A DNA stretch of 57,687 nucleotides. It comes from a virus (Duplodnaviria; Caudoviricetes). Below the pieces are notes generated by a model that was given only the letters and a program-made list of their open reading frames with translations, was not told the DNA's origin and ran no database searches. The stretch is taken from the IMG/VR virus record IMGVR_UViG_3300045952_000066, positions 1 through 57,687 of that record; one strand, given 5' to 3'. Positions 51,605 through 57,687 of this stretch are shown here, one piece after another (within the stretch, counting starts at the first letter, position 1; the number at the start of each line of letters is the position of its first letter). Made by a program: the position numbers and the translations under genes.

Positions 51605-52483
51605 CGTTATTTCCTCCTTCACTGAAACGGTCGTAGCGCGTGGCGTGGACTCAGCCGCCAGACGCGCTACCAGCGGCTCGAAAGTTCCGATCTCGTCGGC
51701 CATGCCCGCCGCGACGGCGTCTCTGGCGATGAGCATCTTGCCCTGCCCGAAGCGGGCCTCAACGGTTTCCGTTGAGACGCCGCGAAACGCGGCCATGCGA
51801 CCGATGAAGATCTCCGCGAGAGCGTCGACTCGCGCCAGGATCTGCGACCGGCCCTCGTCCGTCGCTGGATCGGGCCGCTTGTACGGAGACTTGCTCGACA
51901 CGATCTCGTAGTTCTTGACTCCCTGCCGCTCCTGCGCGGCGCGATTGTCGCGGATCGACGCCACCACGCCCAGAGAGCCAAGCTCACTCGACTCCGACGC
52001 GACCACATGCGGCGCCGCCAGAGCCAGCCAGAGGCCACCGGACGCGGCCATGTTGTCCACGTATGCGGTCACCGGCTTCACCTTGCTCCCGGCGCGGATC
52101 TGGTCCGCGAATTCCTGAATGCCCGCGATCTCGCCGCCGGGAGAGTCCACCTCGAGCAGGATGCTCTTGACTTGCGGGTTCTCCAGCGCGGCCTGGAAGC
52201 TGTTCGCCAGCACCTGGACGCTGGTCGCGCCGCTCACTTCGGTGACGAGGTTCGCGTAGCGGAAGAGCGGCCCGGTGACGCCCAGGATCGCGACGTTGTT
52301 GCGGATCTCGACTCCATTGCCTGCATTGTCGAGCGGTCGGCCCAGCTTCGCCGCGACGGCCTCAAGATCCACCGTCCCGGCCTGCTCGACGCGGGCGATG
52401 AGGTTCTCCATGTCTTCGGCCTTCATCACCCACGGACGGTTGTGGAGCTCGCCCAGAATGCGGAGCAACGCGGAGCGCGGCAT
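51197..52483 (-). CDS. S49 prohead protease (gpC-like)
   Basis: VDSPGG, MAASGG, GSLGVV, SPYK. Confidence 0.95.
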   Translation of the reverse strand: MPRSALLRILGELHNRPWVMKAEDMENLIARVEQAGTVDLEAVAAKLGRPLDNAGNGVEIRNNVAILGVTGPLFRYANLVTEVSGATSVQVLANSFQAALENPQVKSILLEVDSPGGEIAGIQEFADQIRAGSKVKPVTAYVDNMAASGGLWLALAAPHVVASESSELGSLGVVASIRDNRAAQERQGVKNYEIVSSKSPYKRPDPATDEGRSQILARVDALAEIFIGRMAAFRGVSTETVEARFGQGKMLIARDAVAAGMADEIGTFEPLVARLAAESTPRATTVSVKEEITMADNPQPPAAPVPVAPPEPVPAAPAPARVIHAEDLRAPERQRIAAILNAPEATGREALARTLALETSMSPEEAKKILAASPVAPAAAAPVDPLAAQMAKVANPKVGTGEQEPDTEASEAAKILAFVPKDRRHSAA

Positions 52484-54252
52484 TATGCGTCCTCCTCCTC
52501 TTTGCTCTCGTCGTCTTCGTCGTCGTCCACGTCGTCGGACTCCTCGTCGGGCGTCTCCTCCTCTTCCTCGTCGTCCTCTTCCTCTTCCTCGTCGGGCTTC
52601 TCCTGCGGCGGCGTTCCGGCCATCGGCGCGGGCATGAGATTCAACTGGCGCATCCGCTCCAGTTCCAAGGCCCGCTGATCGAGAACCTCAACCCAGTCGA
52701 GGCCCTGTTCGGCGCATTCCATCTCAAGCGTCGAGATCATGTTGGTCATCCTTATCTGCGCGGCGTTCGCCTCTTTGACGGCGTCGGTGTAGCCGCGTCC
52801 CGGCCCCAGCCATTTGCACTTGAGATAGAGCGGCATCAACTCGTAGAAGTCGGGGGCTTCGATCAGGCCAGCGTTGACGACCTCCTCCAGCCAGAGCTTG
52901 TAGACCGGCGAGGCCCAATACGTTCCCAGCCACTGGCGCCGCGCCAGGAAGAATCGCCACGCCTCATTCAACGCGGCGCGCGCCGACGAATAGTTGGTTT
53001 TCGAGAAATCCTTGTAGACCAACTCATACGGCAGGCCCAGCGCGGCGCCGATCTGTCGCGAGATCGACTCGACAAACGCCGGGTATGTGTTCGGTGGCCG
53101 GTTCGGCGTGTACGGCGTGAGCTTGTCGCCGGGATACAAGGGGATAAAAGTGCCCCCTTCCATCTGCGGTCGGTACTCGCCTTTCGAGGCCAAATAGGCG
53201 TTCGGATCGCCGCCCATCAACTCCGCGATGCCCGCAGGGTCCATCGGCGTCTCGATCACGCCCGCGACCAGCGAGTTCACGATGGCCGACTGTAGCTCCG
53301 TCCGCTGGTAACTATCCAACATGCGGAACTGCTCGATGATCGGCGTGAGCACCGGCTTCCCGCGCGACTGATCCACGCGATCCTTCGAGAAGATATGCAG
53401 CACCCGCTTGCGGCCCCAGTCGGTTTCCGCCGGGATGCGCTCCCACTCGACAATTCCGCGATTCGCGAACAGACCTCCAGCGGTGAGCGTCAGATACCAG
53501 ATCTCCAGACCGCTCCAGGTCGGGTTCTTCAGGACGTGGTACGCGAGAGGCTTGCCGTAGTCATCGAACTCGATGCCGCCGCGCAGGTTCAGGGTGCTCT
53601 GCTCGAAATTGGGGTTGCACAAGCGGTCGGTGTCGACCAGTTGCACGCACGTCTTGAACGGCGTGTCCGGTCGATCTAACCAGAGCGGCAACGCGAGGGC
53701 CTCGCCGTTCTGGAGCGAGGACCGGAACACCAACTGCGTCATCTGCGCGAACGTCATCTGACCGGCGGCGTCACACGCCATTGTGTTCGCCCACGTCGCC
53801 CAGAGGCTCTCGACGCCTCGCGCCCACTCTTCCGCCCACTGGATGTCCCGCCCCAGAGCGCGGTAATCCGGCATCGCGGCGAGGCGCAGGCCCGTGCCGA
53901 CCGTGTTATCGGTGAGCGTCTGGAACGTCCCGCTGGCGATGCCGTTGTTGCGGTCGAGGTCCCGGCTCCGCGCGATCAGCAGATCCTGCTCTGGCAGAAG
54001 CTCCACGTCGGCGGGCGCCCGCTCCGGTTGCCAGTTGGTCAGTTGCTTCCGGGTACGGCTGGCCCCGGCGTATGCGGTGTCGCGGTAGCGGGCTAGCTGG
54101 GCGCCGAAGCGAATCCCCGGCGCGGAAGGAGGATTCGTCCAGCGTCCCAGGAGCCGCGCCAGTAGACCATGCCTTGGAGCTACTGGCGCGGCGGTCGTCG
54201 CGACGGCCCGACGAGGTTCGCGACGATTCTGCAAGGTCGGTGTCATGGGCAC
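52483..54252 (-). CDS. Portal protein, lambda family
   Basis: RSRDLDRNN, QSRGKP, DFSKTNYSSARAAL. Confidence 0.95.
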   Translation of the reverse strand: MPMTPTLQNRREPRRAVATTAAPVAPRHGLLARLLGRWTNPPSAPGIRFGAQLARYRDTAYAGASRTRKQLTNWQPERAPADVELLPEQDLLIARSRDLDRNNGIASGTFQTLTDNTVGTGLRLAAMPDYRALGRDIQWAEEWARGVESLWATWANTMACDAAGQMTFAQMTQLVFRSSLQNGEALALPLWLDRPDTPFKTCVQLVDTDRLCNPNFEQSTLNLRGGIEFDDYGKPLAYHVLKNPTWSGLEIWYLTLTAGGLFANRGIVEWERIPAETDWGRKRVLHIFSKDRVDQSRGKPVLTPIIEQFRMLDSYQRTELQSAIVNSLVAGVIETPMDPAGIAELMGGDPNAYLASKGEYRPQMEGGTFIPLYPGDKLTPYTPNRPPNTYPAFVESISRQIGAALGLPYELVYKDFSKTNYSSARAALNEAWRFFLARRQWLGTYWASPVYKLWLEEVVNAGLIEAPDFYELMPLYLKCKWLGPGRGYTDAVKEANAAQIRMTNMISTLEMECAEQGLDWVEVLDQRALELERMRQLNLMPAPMAGTPPQEKPDEEEEEDDEEEEETPDEESDDVDDDEDDESKEEEDA

Positions 54253-54764
54253 GCCTCGATGCTGATCGGCCTGCGGCGCATCGTGACCGCAGAGGTCGGA
54301 TCGATTTGGCCCTTCAACCAGTCAATGAACCGCTGGAGGTCCGCGATGTTCGTCTGGTTATAAACGACGCGCCCAAGCTGGGGCGTCTCGATGGCGACGA
54401 CGGCCTGACCGGCGGCATAGCGGGCCATCTGCGCCGACGCCTGCAAGAGCAGTTCCGCGTAGGGATTGATCGGCGTGACCGGCGTGACCGGCGCGACCGG
54501 CGCCGCCTCAACCGTAGCGGCGGCTTGCCCTGAGACGCCGTTGGAGGTGGCCGTAATGGTCGCGGCCCCGGCGGATATGCCGGTGACGAGTCCTTGGGAA
54601 TCGACCGACGCGACCAGCGGATCGGATGACGCCCATACGCTCGTCAGCGTCATGTCCGCGCTATCGCCGTTGCTGTAGACTTCGGTCGCGGAGAACTGTT
54701 GCTCCTCCCCGGCAGTGATCGTGACGGTGACCGGCGTGACGAGTACGTGTGCGATAGCGGGCAT
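54243..54764 (-). CDS. Ig-like (Big_2) domain fused to a gpW-like head completion protein
   Basis: WASSDPLVASVDSQGLVTG; GRVVY..DLQRFIDWL..RRRP. Confidence 0.8.
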   Translation of the reverse strand: MPAIAHVLVTPVTVTITAGEEQQFSATEVYSNGDSADMTLTSVWASSDPLVASVDSQGLVTGISAGAATITATSNGVSGQAAATVEAAPVAPVTPVTPINPYAELLLQASAQMARYAAGQAVVAIETPQLGRVVYNQTNIADLQRFIDWLKGQIDPTSAVTMRRRPISIEACP

Positions 54765-54766
54765 TC

Positions 54767-54922
54767 TCAGTCGTCCTTCTCACTCGCCCACTCGAATGCC
54801 TCGTAGGTTTCGCGGTCCCATCCTTCGGCAATCAGGTCGGGGCATTCGCGGGCGAACTCCTCGTCCAGGCGGGCCTCTTCCAGTTCCGCTTGCTCAAGCT
54901 GATACTGCTTCATGAAGCCCAT
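54767..54922 (-). CDS. Small acidic protein (51 aa)
   Basis: MGFMKQYQLEQAELEEARLDEEF...; fills the intergenic gap. Confidence 0.55.
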   Translation of the reverse strand: MGFMKQYQLEQAELEEARLDEEFARECPDLIAEGWDRETYEAFEWASEKDD

Positions 54923-54925
54923 CGG

Positions 54926-56851
54926 TTACTCCAGCCAATCGTGGCTCGATGACATCGAGCGGAACCTTGGAACAGGCGAGGACGCCTTTGTTTGCGGGCC
55001 TGCGGACGCGCCCGTGGTTGCCGGTCTGGCGGTCTGATTCGGATCGCTCAACTCCTTCTCCATGCCGTCCCATCGCTCCGGTTTCCAACTCTCGAAACGC
55101 AACGACGCGGCGGCGGCTCTCGCATACACGCGACAGTCGAGAGCCTCGTTGCGGTCGCGGATCGGCTCCCACTTGCTGATGCGCCTGCCCGCCACAGTGC
55201 GCGTGATCAGAGCTTCTGCGGTCAACTGCTCGAAATACTCCTTCCCATACGCCGGGAAGTGGCAGAAGCCGACCGGCCATTCCTCGCCTTTCGCGAGATC
55301 CGGCACGGGCTGGCGCAACCAGCGGTACAACTCCTCCTTCGCGATATTGGTATTGCAGGGCCACAATCGGATGCCCCACTTCACGCGCGATCCGGTGGGA
55401 CCGGCCTCGATCAACGAGGGTGCGCTGACGAGGTTGGGCCTTGTCGTCTGCCCTTTAATCGCCATCACGCGCTGGCGCGACTGCTTCCTGATCCAGTCGT
55501 AGCAGGCCATCGTCTGAAAGCCGGTGTCCACGCCCATGCGGCGGATCTTGATCGGCTGGCCGTACTCCGTCCGGAAGTCTTCATCGAGCAGTTCGGAGAG
55601 TTGCGCCCAGACTTGCGGCTGGTTCGTCTCGCCGTCGAAGCGCCGGTAGTCCACCGACCACGACTCCTTGTTCCGGCCCCACGCGACGACTTCCACCTCG
55701 ATGCGCCGAAGCTGCACGTCCACGCCTGCGGTGAGCACCAGCCCGCCGCGAGGCACGACGCCGACCTCGTAGCCCTCGCGCCGCTCGTACAGCCGCTCCG
55801 CGTCGGGCACTTCGGAAGCGTCCGCGTAGGGCAGGCCCAGCACCGTGTTCCAGAACACCTGGAGCTTCTCCGGATCGCGACCGGCCTTCTCCCGCTTCTC
55901 CGCAACCTCGCCCCAACTCAACCAGCCGACCGGCGAGTTCAGCGAGGGCAGATGGTAGCCGTGGATCTTCGGGTTCGGGACGCGATGCCGCCACTGGCCG
56001 CGCTGGAGCATCCACTCCTTCGCGTAGTTCTCAATCGGGCGGGCGCACGCCTCGCAGTGATACTTCGCGAGATGCGGCTGACCCTTCGGCCAGCGCAATT
56101 GCTCGAATGCGAGGACCAGGAACTCGCCGCAGTGCGGGCACGGCATCCACCACTGCGCCTGAGAGCTTTCCTCGTAGAACCGCTCGATCCGGCTCCGACC
56201 GCTCACGACCGGCGTCGAGGTGATCAGGATCTTCCGGCGCGGGAAGTTCGACGTGCGGGCAATCGCGAGATCGCAGGGGTCGCCCTCGCCGCCGACATCG
56301 CCGCCATATCCGTCCACCTCATCGAGGAACAGATACCGCACCGGCATCGAGCGCAGGCCCTTCGGTGAGTTCGCGCCGACCAGCACCAGGACGCCGCCGG
56401 GGAACTCCTTCGCGAGGACGCTGTTTCCGCCGTCTCTCGCGCGTGGCGCCGCCACCAGCCCTCGCAACGCGGGCGAGTCATCGATCAGCGGCTGGATGCG
56501 CTGGCGCGAGTTGCGCTTCGCCATGTCGGTCGTCGGCTGCACGGCCATCATCGGCCCCGGCGCCATGTGCATGTTGAAGCCGGTCCAGTTGTTGCCGCAC
56601 TCCGTCTTGCCGATCTGCGATCCGGCCATCACGATGACCATCTGCACCCGGCTCGACGGCGACAGGTCGTCCATGATGTCGCGCAAGTACGGCACGCGCG
56701 ACGTGCGCCACGGGCCGGGTTCCGGCGACGACCGCTCCGTCAGCATCCGGTAGCGGTCGGCCCATTCGCTGATCTTCAGCAGAGGCTCCGGTCGGAGCGC
56801 GGCCAGCGCGGCCCCCCGGTACACCTCGACGCCGGTCAGCATGGGCGTCAT
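54926..56851 (-). CDS. Terminase large subunit, gpA family
   Basis: GSQIGKTE, FLDEVD, TSTP, CPHC, GVDVQ, RNEALDC. Confidence 0.95.
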   Translation of the reverse strand: MTPMLTGVEVYRGAALAALRPEPLLKISEWADRYRMLTERSSPEPGPWRTSRVPYLRDIMDDLSPSSRVQMVIVMAGSQIGKTECGNNWTGFNMHMAPGPMMAVQPTTDMAKRNSRQRIQPLIDDSPALRGLVAAPRARDGGNSVLAKEFPGGVLVLVGANSPKGLRSMPVRYLFLDEVDGYGGDVGGEGDPCDLAIARTSNFPRRKILITSTPVVSGRSRIERFYEESSQAQWWMPCPHCGEFLVLAFEQLRWPKGQPHLAKYHCEACARPIENYAKEWMLQRGQWRHRVPNPKIHGYHLPSLNSPVGWLSWGEVAEKREKAGRDPEKLQVFWNTVLGLPYADASEVPDAERLYERREGYEVGVVPRGGLVLTAGVDVQLRRIEVEVVAWGRNKESWSVDYRRFDGETNQPQVWAQLSELLDEDFRTEYGQPIKIRRMGVDTGFQTMACYDWIRKQSRQRVMAIKGQTTRPNLVSAPSLIEAGPTGSRVKWGIRLWPCNTNIAKEELYRWLRQPVPDLAKGEEWPVGFCHFPAYGKEYFEQLTAEALITRTVAGRRISKWEPIRDRNEALDCRVYARAAAASLRFESWKPERWDGMEKELSDPNQTARPATTGASAGPQTKASSPVPRFRSMSSSHDWLE

Positions 56852-57363
56852 GCCGCTTTGCCCTCCTGGGCCGCAAACGTCTCCAGAGTGCGGCGCAGCT
56901 CGCCCTCTAATAGCTCGTAAATGGTCGCCTCATCGGTCTGGCCGACTAACTGACCGGATAGGCGGGCGGGCACGTTCAGGATCGCGTCACGCAACTGCCG
57001 GTAGAGCCGCGAGGCTTCCTTCTCCACGTCGGCCCGCGTCACGACCTCGCCGCGCCGAAGCTGTAGCTCCAGGCTCCTGCGCTGGGCGTCATACACCTCG
57101 CGCAACGCGCGGGCCTGCGTGTAGGTCATCCCCGGCACGGCTTCGGTCGGAGCAGGCTCACCCGGTGAGCCACCCCTCGCGATCAGCTTCGGCCCCGGTC
57201 GCGCCTGCGCCGCGTCGGTGTTCTCCAGCCACTGCCGGTCGGCCTCGTCGGAGTCGATCTGGTTGTCGCCGGTCAACGCGATCCGGCCCGCCGCGATTGC
57301 GTACTGCACCGCCGTCGTGTCGCATCCGCGATGAGCCGCGTAGGCGGCGATTCCCAGAAGCAT
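56848..57363 (-). CDS. Terminase small subunit (Nu1-like)
   Basis: AYAAHRGCDTTAVQYAIAAGRI HTH; LRDAILNVPAR. Confidence 0.9.
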   Translation of the reverse strand: MLLGIAAYAAHRGCDTTAVQYAIAAGRIALTGDNQIDSDEADRQWLENTDAAQARPGPKLIARGGSPGEPAPTEAVPGMTYTQARALREVYDAQRRSLELQLRRGEVVTRADVEKEASRLYRQLRDAILNVPARLSGQLVGQTDEATIYELLEGELRRTLETFAAQEGKAA

Positions 57364-57492
57364 GAATACACCTTGCAGTCAAGCGCAGATGGGAGTACCA
57401 TTCTGCAAAGCGGTTCAGCACTGATTGGATTTTTCTGAGGGCTAGAGAAGGCAGATCTGGGTCGTCTGGTATCAGACGGCCCTTTTCGTTGC

Positions 57493-57521
57493 ACAGTACC
57501 AGCACTTCCTCAAGAAGTCAA
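57493..57521 (-). promoter_or_regulatory. Putative promoter for the packaging operon
   Basis: TTGACT-17-TACTGT with extended TG. Confidence 0.5.
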
Positions 57522-57563
57522 CAAGATAGCCGCTCCCCAGTACCGCCGGGACTTGATTTCCCC

Positions 57564-57687
57564 GTAAATCCCTGAAACTGTTGACTTTCCGGAATTCCTC
57601 GTTCTCCGAGCCGTGATTTTCGCGTAAGTCGTTGAAAGAAGCGGATTTAGCCACTCGCACAGGTTCCGTTGTGCGGGCGGCGAAGCC
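57564..57687. other. Candidate cos region: two 27-bp IHF-like units and a lambda-cos-like terminus
   Basis: Units at 57564 and 57624; window ends GGGCGGCGAAGCC. Confidence 0.5.

Overview
The window is a near-complete, GC-rich, temperate lambda-like (siphovirus-type) phage genome encoded almost entirely on the minus strand. Its host is probably an Acidobacterium (Bryobacteraceae-like), inferred from the short signal peptides and one surface-protein domain I recognise from that group. Reading from the right end: a candidate cos end, terS/terL (gpA type), an Ig-gpW fusion, portal, S49 protease with a nested scaffold, decoration protein, major capsid, neck and tail genes with a -1 frameshifted chaperone, tape measure, a fused tail hub and a long beta-spiral fibre. 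Next come three consecutive signal-peptide-bearing fibre/Ig/chaperone-like genes, an XRE repressor switch, YqaJ/RecT-like recombination genes and a large serine recombinase. These are followed by an HNH-like gene inserted in a dual-reading-frame C5 methyltransferase, a beta-helix protein, a radical SAM enzyme, VRR-NUC, a replication initiator with iterons and about 35 small accessory ORFs. The left 2.3 kb holds a candidate structured RNA, an array of 27-bp IHF-like units, a compositionally distinct segment and a G-rich GGGCT repeat. I recognised no endolysin, tRNA, CRISPR array or reverse transcriptase. All family calls come from motif recognition by eye, without database searches.
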